Positions 15,337 through 33,623 of a stretch of DNA of 64,000 bases are shown one piece after another. The DNA comes from Chrysomallon squamiferum (Eukaryota; Animalia; Mollusca). A model generated the notes under the pieces. That model was not told the DNA's origin and made no database searches. It saw nothing but the letters and a program-made list of their open reading frames with translations. The DNA lies in NCBI GenBank assembly GCA_012295275.1, contig CM022667.1:13640001-13704000 (forward strand), given 5' to 3'. Numbering within the stretch: the first letter of the stretch is position 1; every line of letters starts with the position of its first letter. The translations under genes and the position numbers were made by a program.

Positions 15337-15398
15337 CTTTCGTCACCATGGCAACATATTACAAATGCTACCAACAAAATAAATGGTGAGTACTTCAT
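15337..15398 (-). other. Additional C-type lectin exon 1 (signal peptide); orphan or alternative first exon of copy B
   Basis: ATG AAG TAC TCA CCA TTT ATT TTG TTG GTA GCA TTT GTA ATA TGT TGC CAT GGT GAC GAA AG|GTAAGT = MKYSPFILLVAFVICCHGDE. 62 nt, phase 2, consensus donor; no exon 2 lies between it and copy B. Confidence 0.75.
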
Positions 15399-15981
15399 CT
15401 CTGGCAAATGACTCATACTAGGTGTGTGTAATATGTATCTGTATTTAGTTCGGGTTAAATATTGATAATCTTTCCAACAAAGGCAGACAGACTCAAACAG
15501 AAGCCACGACCTTACACATTCTGATTGGTGTTTTATTAATTAGAATATTATCAAACGCCTGAAAACAGTCAACACTAATTATTTTCTGACAGACAATATA
15601 TAGATTTAACTTGCAGAAAACATTTTTATAATAGAAATGAATGTGTATTCTTGTAATTGTTTATTTTTTCAGTATATGACTGTCAATGGTAGTTAATAAC
15701 ACCAAGATACATGCATGAAAATAAATTGTAAAAATATAAATATAGAGAGAAAATCCAAAATTTAATTAGGAACAAGGTGCAGTCGTTCTTGGTTTTAAAA
15801 TACTGACATTTCAGTGTTGCTTTGTTGATGTTTGTTGACATTCATTGGTTTTGAAAGGATTTATTCTTATTTTCAAGCATATCTTAATATTTATACAAAT
15901 GAAACACAATGCATAAAATAATGTATTATGTATGTATTTATGTATGCATTTGTGTGTACATGTGTTTGTGTGTATGTATGT

Positions 15982-16037
<56 letters not shown>

Positions 16038-16414
16038 AAGTTGTGTGTATATGTGTGTATGTAAGTGTAAATAAGTATGTATCTGATTATATATCTATGT
16101 GCACGTGTATCTACTATATACGTATTTGCATATGTAGACACGTTTTTAATTATTTATGCTCATTTATTCATCCTTTCATAAAAACATGTATTCTGAGGCA
16201 AAAATCTGTCTACTGATTATTTTCCCAAATCAGAGTGATCTGATGCATTTTAAACAAGTACGTAATATTATGAAGATATAATAAGTTTTCTTCAGAAGTA
16301 ATATTACACGTCGCAATTCAGGTCAACGAAAGCAGTAAGGATTTGAAACAAAACAGTTCGATTCATCCATATATATTTTTATTCCTAGGAAACCTAAAAT
16401 GTCGATGTTTGAGT

Positions 16415-17926
<1,512 letters not shown>

Positions 17927-17952
17927 GATTTCAAAAGTAGCTTGAACAAATG

Positions 17953-17990
17953 AAGTGATGCTGAATTGCCTTGTTATCTCTCTCTATATA
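17953..17990 (-). promoter_or_regulatory. Candidate core promoter of the NG-repeat gene (TATA + initiator)
   Basis: Minus-strand TATATA at 17990-17985 followed ~30 nt later by Inr-like TCACTT (17958-17953), ~30 nt before the ATG. Confidence 0.45.
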
Positions 17991-18356
17991 CACCAATGTC
18001 TGTCTTTAACATCAATGATAGTTTCAGAAAGTTATCTGTCTAATAAATAAGTATTACTTAACTTGTACCGCCACTGATCTACTAGCTCTCATTTCCTCAG
18101 ATGTACCGCTTCAATTAAATCTTCAGAACTAGATCTCACAAAATAATAGTATTTTCTAAAGGATTAATTATCATATCAAATCTTTTATTCACTTTGTTTT
18201 ATAAATTTTTGGATTTTTTTTTTTTTATAAATCATTAGACAACATTTTCGGGTGAAACATTTATGCCTTGAAATGACTCGATTAAATTGTTAAACAACAA
18301 TAATAATAATCATGTGATATTCTTCTAAAATAAATATTAATGTGTAATATTAATAC

Positions 18357-18680
18357 CTAATACACATTTGTTTGCAGCGACTAAATAAATACTAGTGCAT
18401 ACTGCTATATTCAGTATACGTTTGTGAGTAGTGATTAAATAAATATTCGTGCATACTGCTTTATTCAGTGCACGTTTGTGTGTAGTGATTAAATAAATAT
18501 TCGTGCATACTGCTATATTCAGTACACGTTTGTGTATAGTGATTAAATAAATATTCGTGCATACTGCTATATTCAGTACACGTTTGTGTATAGTGATTAA
18601 ATAAATATACGTGCATACTGCTTTATTCAGTGCACGTTTCTGTGTAGTGATTAAATAAATATTAGTGTATACTGTTATTT
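18357..18680. repeat. 54-bp minisatellite, ~6 units
   Basis: gtgcatactgctatattcagtacacgtttgtgtatagtgattaaataaatattc recurs at 18395, 18449, 18503, 18557, 18611 and 18665 (period 54). Confidence 0.92.
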
Positions 18681-20168
18681 TTCACGGTTGTGTCCTGTCA
18701 TGTTTACTCTGTTGATATCAACGATCGTGACTAATATTATGGTAATTATGGTATTGACTAAACATTTTTATTTAAAATAATTAAATAAACAAAAGAAAAA
18801 TTCATTCTGACTAACTTGTTGTTAATGATGATGCTTAGAAAATTAATTTTTCTTATGCAGTATGTAGTACTACTATAAATATTATTTCAATAAACAACAG
18901 AGCAAGTCATTAGTATTCAAAGTTCACAACTGGAATTTAATTTTTAATCATTCAGAGACGGGTGTAAATGTATACAAAATCAGTAAATCAATGTAAACCG
19001 ATATCTGTTTCTTTGTTCGTTTGTTTCTGATGAGTTCTATTTTTGAATTATTGGGTTTTTTTTGTTTTGCTATTCTCTTTCATCTTCCCCCTGTTTCTTG
19101 TTTCTGCTGTATTTATTATAATATAATTTACTTGTTCTTATGATTGCTGTTGTCGTTGTAGTTGTGATTACTAACTTTAACAAATTTGATAAAATACAAA
19201 TTCTCTGTTGGAGATAAAAATATGCAGGTGTTCATGTTGTCTTCGTTATTATCAATCATCTAGCAAGGGATATATTATTTTCGTATATACTTTTATTCGC
19301 GTATAAGAAAATATAATGTTCCCATGTAAATATGGATTATTAGTAGTAGCACTATAACTATTTGTAGTATTAGTTGCTATTATGGTCGTCGTTGCTATTG
19401 TAATTGTAATAGAAGTAACAATTCATTCAGAGACATGCTTCACTTTCTTATCCGGGAAATCTATGCGATAACTTTTTATTTTATTGCCCTTGTTTTGTGT
19501 TGTGCTGTTGATTTGTTGCCTCTTTCTTTCATTTTATTCTTTTTTTTCCATGGATATTTGTTTTTTCCTTTGTTTGAATACGTCTCGATTTAATGCCTTT
19601 TGCTAAGGTCATCATAGTTACTTTCTATTCTTCCATATGTAAATATATAAACTATCGTTTGTTAATTGTAATTTTGTTTATATCTGTTTGTCATGTATCT
19701 TAGAGCTTATTTAGATTTATTTTAATTCTGAGTAACCTTCCTTGATTAAATGTTTGATTGAATTATAAAATGATGGAAACAAGTGCTGATTCGTTTAAAC
19801 TGACAATGTTACAAATAATTTACTTACGTTTCTTGCGTGGTTTATTTTGATTTGTTTTAGTAGAGCAGAAACACTGAACATATTGTTAATTAATTGTTGC
19901 TTTTGAACTACAACTATTCTTGCTCTGAATTTTTAATTCATGAAATGTCCTTTCCGACGAAACATTTTGATGAAGGAATGAGTAACTCTGTTTTAAACAG
20001 CTATTTTATTTTAATCAACCACATCGTAACCATCAGGATCATCATAATAATCATGTTTGTCGTCAGGATTTATAAATTACTGATTCATTAAAGATTTAAG
20101 AAATGAATGAACGGATTTTGTTAGTTTCATTGTAACATTATCAGATTTGCTTTCAGCAATACAGAAAA

Positions 20169-21835
<1,667 letters not shown>

Positions 21836-22689
21836 CTCTCGCAAGTTTGAAAGAATTTCAACCAAACTGTCCGGTGTAATAATTTGTACTACGCAGTGAG
21901 TATGTGTATTTGGTTCGGACTGAATATTGAATATTGATTATCTTTCCAGTAGAAGCAAGTTCGAATAGAGCAGCCCACGATTTGAGACAATGTGTCCTGT
22001 TTTGTATTAATGAGAATGTTATCAAATACCTGATGACAAAGAACATTAATTTTTGAACTCTGGCATACTATACCATGTTTTTCTTTTTTTGTATTACTGA
22101 CGAAAAATCAATGAAATATTTTATAATGCAAATAAAGATCGCTGTATTAAATATAAATGTGTTTATATTAGAAAAACGATTAAATATATTGTAAAAACAT
22201 AATTAGTAACAAGTTGTAATCTTTGTTGGTTTTTAAGTGTAGACATTTCAGTAGAGCTTTGTGATATAATAAAAATGTTGGTTGGTTTTGAAAGGATTGA
22301 TTAATATTTTCTAACAAAACATAATCCCTGTTGTTGTGATTACCATTATTGTCATCATCATCATCATCATCAATGCTAATGCTTATAATAGTACCATATA
22401 CTAGAAAAATTTGGTTTCTGAGTATCATCATTAACAACAATTATCATAATTAATTTTTCTTCTGTTTATTTATTTATTTTACATTTTCTATGGGCTTCGA
22501 CACCAATACTATATAAGAAAAAATTATTCATTATCATAATTACTATAATATTAGTCACGATAGTCAACTTTTACTGTAATTGTTTGTTTTCTATTTACCT
22601 TCATTAATTATCAGGTAGAGTCGAAGGTTAATAAATGTATTCATTAAAAATTAAACAAATAAATACAAAACAAAACAAACAAACCAATA

Positions 22690-22778
<89 letters not shown>

Positions 22779-23068
22779 TAATAACAATAACAAAAAGTAT
22801 AAGGTACAAAGAAAAAAGTTAAAAGAAGAAACATAAATAAATAAAAGAAGCAAAATATAACAAAGTAACAACAAAACACACACAAACATAAAATAAATAA
22901 ATAAATAAATAAAATAAAACAAAGATATAAAATAAAACAAGTAAAATATAACAAAAAATGACAATTAGAAAAAAATTAAAAACAAAAAAGAAGAACAAAA
23001 ACAAAACAACTCTGCTAATAACAATAATGTGCTTCTGATATAAAATGGCATTAAATCTCTCTGCTTGA

Positions 23069-23183
<115 letters not shown>

Positions 23184-23243
23184 GATACATGTATGAATGT
23201 ATGTATGTATTTATGTATTTATGTATGTATGTATGTGTGTGTA

Positions 23244-23275
<32 letters not shown>

Positions 23276-23809
23276 TTGTCTGTCTTTATATTTATTATTC
23301 ATTCTGTTATTCAGTATAAATTTATTTCACATTCATTCACAATGCCAGGCGTTGCAAGAGGAACAACAGTAAAAGAACTAAAGTTTTGCAGAATGTAGTT
23401 TCATTAATAAATTACTGAATCGTCTCTCTGGGGATGATAAAGTTTAACTGTTGTTAATAACCTATTCACTGAACTGAACACGACTGTCTATCTGAAGGTT
23501 AACTATATTATTGTCTGCTGTATTATGAACATCGTTGATTGCTTTTTAACACAACATTCTAGAAAATGTAGAGCGTTACAATTATGCGGGCTTTTTGAAA
23601 GCTAGATTTCTGTTTCGTTTTGTATACCTGTTAATTCGAAAAGTATCAGGATTCTGATGAACACTTATGTTTATTCAGTACCAGGCGAATGACAACAGGA
23701 AAACTATCGACTTTCATTGTAATATTTATGTTCGGTAAGTTCATGCGGAGCGCTGAATGATAAAAAAAAAACAATTGTGGAATTATACGAAATCAATATA
23801 TTTTTCTAA

Positions 23810-24280
23810 TGTAATTATAGATTTAAAGTTTTATTCAACATCTATAGCTATAAGATAGTTTGATGTGACCGGCAGCACATCAAACTATCTGCAGAAATAG
23901 GCGGCAAACTGAATCGGATATAACATACCTCTCCGCTTGATTGTATCAAAATACCGTCTCTAAAGTTTCCACCCAAATCACAACTTCGTTTACTATTTGC
24001 TTGCTTAGTCTTATTCTTTAATGCTTAAAACAATTAAGACTGTATTATTAGAATAATAAAACTGGGTTTTTGAAAAAAACTCTTGTCACTTTACAAGTTA
24101 CGTCTTTGTCGGTGCTTGTTCCTGGTCTTCCGGACTGGTAATGTGGTTCAGGATCTGCTTCTGTGTACTGTCATCTGAAGTCTGTCCTTCCACAGGTGGT
24201 TGCTTGTTCGTTGCTATGGGATCTGTCATCTTTAGTGTTGTTTTTGCCGGGTTAACTCTTTCATAATTTTTTTTTTTTTT
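23810..24280 (-). mobile_element. Probable 3' end of a decayed Ty3/Gypsy-type LTR retrotransposon (ORF tail, PPT, ~116-bp LTR)
   Basis: Minus strand: purine tract aagcggagaggta (23938-23926), then TGTTAT...AATAAA...ATTACA (23925-23810). An upstream GC-richer tail reads HIT(R)SGRP..AP....NL* with frameshifts, like Gypsy ORF ends. No second LTR or RT motif was found. Confidence 0.4.
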
Positions 24281-25042
24281 TTCTGGTTTGATCTATGTTC
24301 TGTTTTAGTCATTCCTGGGATGAGTAATATCACAGGTAAACACAGTGAATGAATATATTACTGGTCTAATTGCAGACAAATTAGTTCAGAAAAATTCTAA
24401 ACGATAAAAACACTTTCAAATATCAGCTGATGTACTTTTGAGATATTGACAATAAAATATTTCGATGTCTGCCAAGAAAAAAATGGTCTTTATAGTAATC
24501 ATTTCTGATGTTTTTGCTCCAGGATTGCTAATATATTTCCAGGGAAGCCTCTGATTGTACATTGCCATATGTTCATGACCCAATTTTTCCATGCAGACAA
24601 TGAAAAATTGTGGTCTTTGTACAAATATCACAATTTGTAGTGTTCGGGTTGCAGCTTTTGTTTAGTTATTTTCATAGTAGTAGTAATAGTAGTAGTATGA
24701 ATAGTAGTAATTGTAAGATGAGTAGTACTACTGTTAGTAATAATAATGGTAACAGTAGTAGTAGTAGTCGTAGTGGTAGTATTCGTAGCGGTAGTGATTG
24801 TAGCAGCAGAATCAGTAGCAGTAAAAATCTCTTAAGATGATTCACATGTCAGGCCCTAAAGAGCAACAGCGAGCATAAGGAAGATAATAAATATAAACTT
24901 GATAACAATCGGATTTGATAGATTAAATTTCCTTAGAAATAATAACTCCAAGAAATTATTAGTGTCACAATTTATAATATTGTTTTTTGTGCAGCTTTAA
25001 AATCTCATACCTATGGGAAGACGAAAATCCATTATTATTATA

Positions 25043-25098
<56 letters not shown>

Positions 25099-25129
25099 TG
25101 TGGTTAAAACTGTTGTTTTTGTTGTGCAT

Positions 25130-26043
25130 ATATACATGTACACATACAAAGAAACATATGGTACTGAACAGTAAAAGAAACAAAATTGAATTAGTTAAAA
25201 ATACCCATAAAATTTCATAGTAAATAAACATCAGAATATTAATAAAATACCAAAGAAATAATAAATGCTGATATTAAAAACCCATTCTATCAACTGACAC
25301 AATATATTATTTTATTTTCTGAATTTTTTTATGATAAGAACAACATGCAAAGTAGAGAGGAGAGAATAAATAAATAAGTAAACAAATAAATAAAGTATGA
25401 AACTGTATTTTGGAAAATCGATAAAAAAATGTGTTTGCTTAGTGAATACATCTCACGTAAGGGACCTAACTCTAATCTGGGCTCGTGAACACATATCACT
25501 TAAGGGAGATAAGTCTAATCCACATGATTTTAATTTGCTTAGTATCTATATATATATATATATCGATAAACATGCAAATACACACACACACACACACACA
25601 CACATACAGAGAAACATATGGTACTGAATAGTAAAAGAAACAAAATTGAATTAGTTAAAAATTGCCAGAAAATTTCATAGTAAATATACATCAGAATGTT
25701 AATAAAATACCAAAGAAATAATAAATGCTGATATTAAAAACCCATTCTATCAACTGACACAATACATTATTTTATTTACTGAATTTTTTTATGATAACAA
25801 CAACAAGCAAAGTAGAGAGCATTTAATAAATAAATAAGTAAACAAATAAATAAATTATGAAACTGTATTTTGGAAAATCGATAAAAAAAAATGTGTTTGC
25901 TTAGTGAATACATCTCACGTAAGGGACCTAACTCTAATCTGCTCTCGCGAACACATATCACTAAAGGGAGATCAGTCTAATCCACATGATTTTAATTTGC
26001 TTAGTATATATATATATAAACATATATATATATCGACAAACAT

Positions 26044-26086
<43 letters not shown>

Positions 26087-26520
26087 GAGAAACATATGGT
26101 ACTGAATAGTAAAAGAAACAAAATTGAATTAGTTAAAAATTGCCAGAAAATTTCATAGTAAATAAACATCAGAATGTTAATAAAATACAAAAGAAATAAT
26201 AAATGCTGATATTAAAAACCCATTCTATCAACTGACACAATACATTATTTTATTTACTGAATTTTTTATGATAACAACAACAAGCAAAGTAGAGAGGATT
26301 TAATAAATAAATAAGTAAACAAATAAATAAAGTATGAAACTGTATTTTGGAAAATCGATAAAAAAATTTGTTTGCTTAGTGAATACATCTCACGTAAGGG
26401 ACCTAACTCTAATCTGGGCTCGTGAACACATATCACTTAAGGGAGATAAGTCTAATCCACATGATTTTAATTTGGTTAGTATATATATATATATATATAT
26501 ATATATCGACAAACATGCAA

Positions 26521-26567
<47 letters not shown>

Positions 26568-27001
26568 TATGGTACTGAATACTGAATAGTAAAAGAAACA
26601 AAATTGAATTAGTTAAAAATTGCCAGAAAATTTCATAGTAAATAAACATCAGAATGTTAATAAAATACAAAAGAAATAATAAATGCTGATATTAAAAACC
26701 CATTCTATCAACTGACACAATACATTATTTTATTTACTGAATTTTTTTATGATAACAACAACAAGCAAAGTAGAGAGCATTTAATAAATAAATAAATAAA
26801 CAAACAAATAAATAAAGTATGAAACTGTATTTTGGAAAATCGATAAAAAAAATTGTTTGCTTAGTGAATACATCTCACGTAAGGGACCTAACTCTAATCT
26901 GGGCTCGTGAACACATATCACTTAAGGGAGATAAGTCTAATCCACATGATTTTAATTTGCTTAGTATCTATATAGATATATATATCGACAAACATGCAAA
27001 T

Positions 27002-27032
<31 letters not shown>

Positions 27033-27920
27033 GAGAAACATATGGTACTGAATAGTAAAAGAAACAAAATTGAATTAGTTAAAAATTGCCAGAAAATTTC
27101 ATAGTAAATAAACATCAGAATGTTAATAAAATACAAAAGAAATAATAAATGCTGATATTAAAAACCCATTCTATCAACTGACACAATACATTATTTTATT
27201 TACTGAATTTTTTTATGATAACAACAACAAGCAAAGTAGAGAGCATTTAATAAATAAATAAGTAAACAAATAAATAAAGTATGAAACTGTATTTTGGAAA
27301 ATCGATAAAAAAAAATTGTTTGCTTAGTGAATACATCTCACGTAAGGGACCTAACTCTAATCTGGGCTCGTGAACACATATCACTTAAGGGAGATAAGTC
27401 TAATCCACATGATTTTAATTTGCTTAGTATCTATATAGATATATATATCGACAAACATGCAAATACACACAAACACACACACACACACATATACAGAGAA
27501 ACATATGGTACTCAATAGTAAAAGAAACAAAATTGAATTAGTTAAAAATTGCCAGAAAATTTCATAGTAAATAAACATCAGAATGTTAATAAAATACAAA
27601 AGAAATAATAAATGCTGATATTAAAAACCCATTCTATCAACTGACACAATACATTATTTTATTTACTGAATATTTTATGGATAACAACAACAAGCAAAGT
27701 AGAGAGCATTTAATAAATAAATAAGTAAACAAATAAATAAAGTATGAAACTGTATTTTGGAAAATCGATAAAAAAAATGTTTGCTTAGTGAATACATCTC
27801 ACGTAAGGGACCTAACTCTAATCTGGGCTCGTGAACACATATCACTAAAGGGAGATCAGTCTAATCCACATGATTTTAATTTGCTTAGTATATATATATA
27901 TATAAAAACATGCAAAAACA

Positions 27921-27958
<38 letters not shown>

Positions 27959-28392
27959 GAGAAACATATGGTACTGAATAGTAAAAGAAACAAAATTGAA
28001 TTAGTTAAAAATTGCCAGAAAATTTCATAGTAAATAAAACATCAGAATATTAATAAAATACAAAAAAAATAATAAATGCTGATATTAAAAAAAACCCATT
28101 CTATCAACTGACACAATACATTATTTTATTTACTGAATTTTTTATGATAACAACAACAAGCAAAAGAGAGAGAGCATTTAATAAATAAATAAGTAAACAA
28201 ATAAATAAAGTATGAAACTGTATTTTGGAAAATCGATAAAAAAAAATTGTTTGCTTAGTGAATACATCTCACGTAAGGGACCTAACTCTAATCTGGGCTC
28301 GTGAACACATATCACTTAAGGGAGATAAGTCTAATCCACATGATTTTAATTTGGTTAGTATATATATATATATATATAAACATGCAAATACA

Positions 28393-28434
<42 letters not shown>

Positions 28435-28857
28435 GAGAAACATATGGTACTGAATAGTAAAAGAAACAAAATTGAATTAGTTAAAAATTGCCAGAAAATT
28501 TCATAGTAAATAAACATCAGAATATTAATAAAATACCAAAGAAATAATAAATGCTGATATTAAAAACCCATTCTATCAACTGACACAATACATTATTTTA
28601 TTTACTGAATTTTTTATGATAACAACAACAAGCAAAGTAGAGAGCATTTAATAAATAAATAAGTAAACAAATAAATAAAGTATGAAACTGTATTTTGGAA
28701 AATCGATAAAAAAAAATTGTTTGCTTAGTGAATACATCTCACGTAAGGGACCTAACTCTAATCTGCTCTCGCGAACACATATCACTAAAGGGAGATCAGT
28801 CTAATCCACATGATTTTAATTTGCTTAGTATATATATATATCGACAAACATGCAAAT

Positions 28858-28900
<43 letters not shown>

Positions 28901-29346
28901 CATATGGTACTGAATAGTAAAAGAAACAAAATTGAATTAAAAAAAATTGAATTAGTTAAAAATTGCCAGAAAATTTCATAGTAAATAAAGAGCAGAATAT
29001 TAATAAAATACAAAAGAAATAATAAATGCTGATATTAAAAACCCATTCTATCAACTGACACAATACATTATTTTATTTACTGAATTTTTTATGATAACAA
29101 CAACAAGCAAAGTAGAGAGCATTTAATAAATAAATAAGTAAACAAATAAATAAAGTATGAAACTGTATTTTGGAAAATCGATAAAAAAAAATGTGTTTGC
29201 TTAGTGAATACATCTCACGTAAGGGACCTAACTCTAATCTGGGCTCGTGAACACATATCACTTAAGGGAGATAAGTCTAATCCACATGATTTTAATTTGC
29301 TTAGTATATATATATATATATATATATACAAACATGCAAATACACA

Positions 29347-29388
<42 letters not shown>

Positions 29389-29822
29389 GAGAAACATATG
29401 GTACTGAATAGTAAAAGAAACAAAATTGAATTAGTTAAAAATTGCCAGAAAATTTCATAGTAAATAAACATCAGAATGTTAATAAAATACAAAAGAAATA
29501 ATAAATGCTGATATTAAAAACCCATTCTATCAACTGACACAATACATTATTTTATTTACTGAATTTTTTATGATAACAACAACAAGCAAAGTAGAGAGCA
29601 TTTAATAAATAAATAAGTAAACAAATAAATAAAGTATGAAACTGTATTTTGGAAAATCGATAAAAAAAATTGTTTGCTTAGTGAATACATCTCACGTAAG
29701 GGACCTAACTCTAATCTGGGCTCGTGAACACATATCACTAAAGGGAGATCAGTCTAATCCACATGATTTTAATTTGCTTAGTATATATATATATATATAT
29801 ATATATCGACAAACATGCAAAT

Positions 29823-29857
<35 letters not shown>

Positions 29858-30296
29858 GAGAAACATATGGTACTGAATAGTAAAAGAAACAAAATTGAAT
29901 TAGTTAAAAATTGCCAGAAAATTTCATAGTAAATAAAGAGCAGAATATTAATAAAATACAAAAGAAATAATAAATGCTGATATTAAAAACCCATTCTATC
30001 AACTGACACAATACATTATTTTATTTACTGAATTTGTTTATGATAACATCAACAAGCAAAGTAGAGAGGATAGAATAAATAAATAAGTAAACAAATAAAT
30101 AAATAAAGTATGAAACTGTATTTTGGAAAATCGATAAAAAAAATGTTTGCTTAGTGAATACATCTCACGTAAGGGACCTAACTCTAATCTGGGCTCGTGA
30201 ACACATATCACTTAAAGGGAGATAAGTCTAATCCACATGATTTTAATTTGCTTAGTATATATATATATATATATATATCGAAAACATGCAAATACA

Positions 30297-30332
<36 letters not shown>

Positions 30333-30758
30333 AACATATGGTACTGAATAATAAAAAAAAAAAAAATTGAATTAGTTAAAAATTGCCAGAAAATTTCATA
30401 GTAAATAAACATCAGAATGTTAATAAAATACAAAAGAAATAATAAATGCTGATATTAAAAACCCATTCTATCAACTGACACAATACATTATTTTATTTAC
30501 TGAATTTTTTTATGATAACAACAACAAGCAAAGTAGAGAGCATTTAATAAATAAATAAATAAGTAAACAAATAAATAAAGTATGAAACTGTATTTTGGAA
30601 AATCGATAAAAAAAAATGTGTTTGCTTAGTGAATACATCTCACGTAAGGGACCTAACTCTAATCTGGGCTCGTGAACACATATCACTAAAGGCAGATCAG
30701 TCTAATCCACATGATTTTAATTTGGTTAGTATATATATATATATCGACAAACATGCAA

Positions 30759-30807
<49 letters not shown>

Positions 30808-31239
30808 GAGAAACATATGGTACTGAATAGTAAAAAAAAACAAAATTGAATTAGTTAAAAATTGCCAGAAAATTTCATAGTAAATAAACAGCAGAATATT
30901 AATAAAATACAAAAGAAATAATAAATGCTGATATTAAAAACCCATTCTATCAACTGACACAATACATTATTTTATTTACTGAATTTTTTTATGATAACAA
31001 CAACAAGCAAAGTAGAGAGCATTTAATAAATAAATAAGTAAACAAATAAATAAAGTATGAAAAACTGTATTTTGGAAAATCGATAAAAAAAATTGTTTTG
31101 CTTAGTGAATACATCTCACGTAAGGGACCTAACTCTAATCTGGGCTCGTGAACACATATCACTTAAAGGGAGATAAGTCTAATCCACATGATTTTAATTT
31201 GCTTAGTATATATATATATATATATAAAAACATGCAAAT

Positions 31240-31270
<31 letters not shown>

Positions 31271-31697
31271 GAGAAACATATGGTACTGAATAGTAAAAGA
31301 AAAAAAAAAAATTGAATTAGTTAAAAATTGCCAGAAAATTTCATAGTAAATAAACATCAGAATGTTAATAAAATACAAAAGAAATAATAAATGCTGATAT
31401 TAAAAACCCATTCTATCAACTGACACAATACATTATTTTATTTACTGAATTTTTTTATGATAACAACAACAAGCAAAGTAGAGAGCATTTAATAAATAAA
31501 TAAGTAAACAAATAAATAAAGTATGAAACTGTATTTTGGAAAATCGATAAAAAAAAAATGTGTTTGCTTAGTGAATACATCTCACGTAAGGGACCTAACT
31601 CTAATCTGCTCTCGTGAACACATATCACTAAAGGGAGATCAGTCTAATCCACATGATTTTAATTTGCTTAGTATATATATATATATAAACAAAACAT

Positions 31698-31734
<37 letters not shown>

Positions 31735-32174
31735 GAGAAACATATGGTACTGAATAGTAAAAGAAACAAAATTGAATTAGTTAAAAATTGCCAGAAAATT
31801 TCATAGTAAATAAAGAGCAGAATATTAATAAAATACAAAAGAAATAATAAATGCTGATATTAAAAAAAACATTCTATCAACTGACACAATACATTATTTT
31901 ATTTACTGAATTTTTTTATGATAACAACAACAAGCAAAGTAGAGAGCATTTAATAAATAAATAAGTAAACAAATAAATAAAGTATGAAACTGTATTTTGG
32001 AAAATCGATAAAAAAAATGTGTTTGCTTTGTGAATACATCTCACGTAAGGGACCTAACTCTAATCTGGGCTCGTGAACACATATCACTAAAGGGAGATAA
32101 GTCTAATCCACATGATTTTAATTTGCTTAGTATATATATATATATATATATATATATACAAACATGCAAATGCA

Positions 32175-32214
<40 letters not shown>

Positions 32215-33111
32215 GTACTGAATAGAAAAATATGGTACTGAATAGTAAAAAAAACAAAATTGAATTAGTTAAAAATTGCCAGAAAATTTCATAGTAAATA
32301 AACATCAGAATGTTAATAAAATACAAAAGAAATAATAAATGCTGATATTAAAACCCATTCTATCAACTGACACAATACATTATTTTATTTACTGAATTTT
32401 TTTATGATAACAACAACAAGCAAAGTAGAGAGCATTTAATAAATAAATAAATAAAAAAATAAAATAAATAAAGTATGAAACTGTATTTTGGAAAATCGAT
32501 AAAAAAAATGTTTGCTTAGTGAATACATCTCACGTAAGGGACCTAACTCTAATCTGCTCTCGCGAACACATATCACTAAAGGGAGATCAGTCTAATCCAC
32601 ATGATTTTAATTTGCTTAGTATATATATCGACAAACATGCAAGTGCAAACAAACACACACACACACACACACACATACAGAGAAACATATGGTACTGAAT
32701 AGTAAAAGAAACAAAATTGAATTAGTTAAAAATTGCCAGAAAATTTCATAGTAAATAAACAGCAGAATATTAATAAAATACAAAAGAAATAATAAATGCT
32801 GATATTAAAAACCCATTCTATCAACTGACACAATACATTATTTTATTTACTGAATTTTTTATGATAACAACAACAAGCAAAGTAGAGAGCATTTAATAAA
32901 TAAATAAGTAAACAAATAAATAAAGTATGAAACTGTATTTTGGAAAATCGATAAAAAAAAATGTTTTTTTAGTGAATACATCTCACGTAAGGGACCTAAC
33001 TCTAATCTGGGCTCGTGAACACATATCACTTAAGGGAGATAAGTCTAATCCACATGATTTTAATTTGCTTAGTATATATATATATATATATATATATCGA
33101 CAAACATGCAA

Positions 33112-33152
<41 letters not shown>

Positions 33153-33590
33153 TAAGATATGGTACTGAATAGTAAAAAAAAAAACAAAATTGAATTAGTT
33201 AAAAATTGCCAGAAAATTTCATAGTAAATAAACATCAGAATGTTAATAAAAAAATAAAAAGAAATAATAAATGCTGATATTAAAAACCCATTCTATCAAC
33301 TGACACAATACATTATTTTATTTACTGAATTTTTTTTTGATAACAACAACAAGCAAAGTAGAGAGCATTTAATAAATAAATAAGTAAACAAATAAATAAA
33401 GTATGAAACTGTATTTTGGAAAATCGATAAAAAAATTGTTTGCTTAGTGAATACATCTCACGTAAGGGACCTAACTCTAATCTGCTCTCGTGAACACATA
33501 TCACTAAAGGGAGATCAGTCTAATCCACATGATTTTAATTTGCTTAGTATATATATAGATATATATATCGACAAACATGCAAATACACAA

Positions 33591-33623
<33 letters not shown>

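Noticed and set aside
24416-24631. 71-aa minus ORF as retroelement integrase
   Set aside because: No identifiable DDE or zinc-finger motif by eye; left unassigned.
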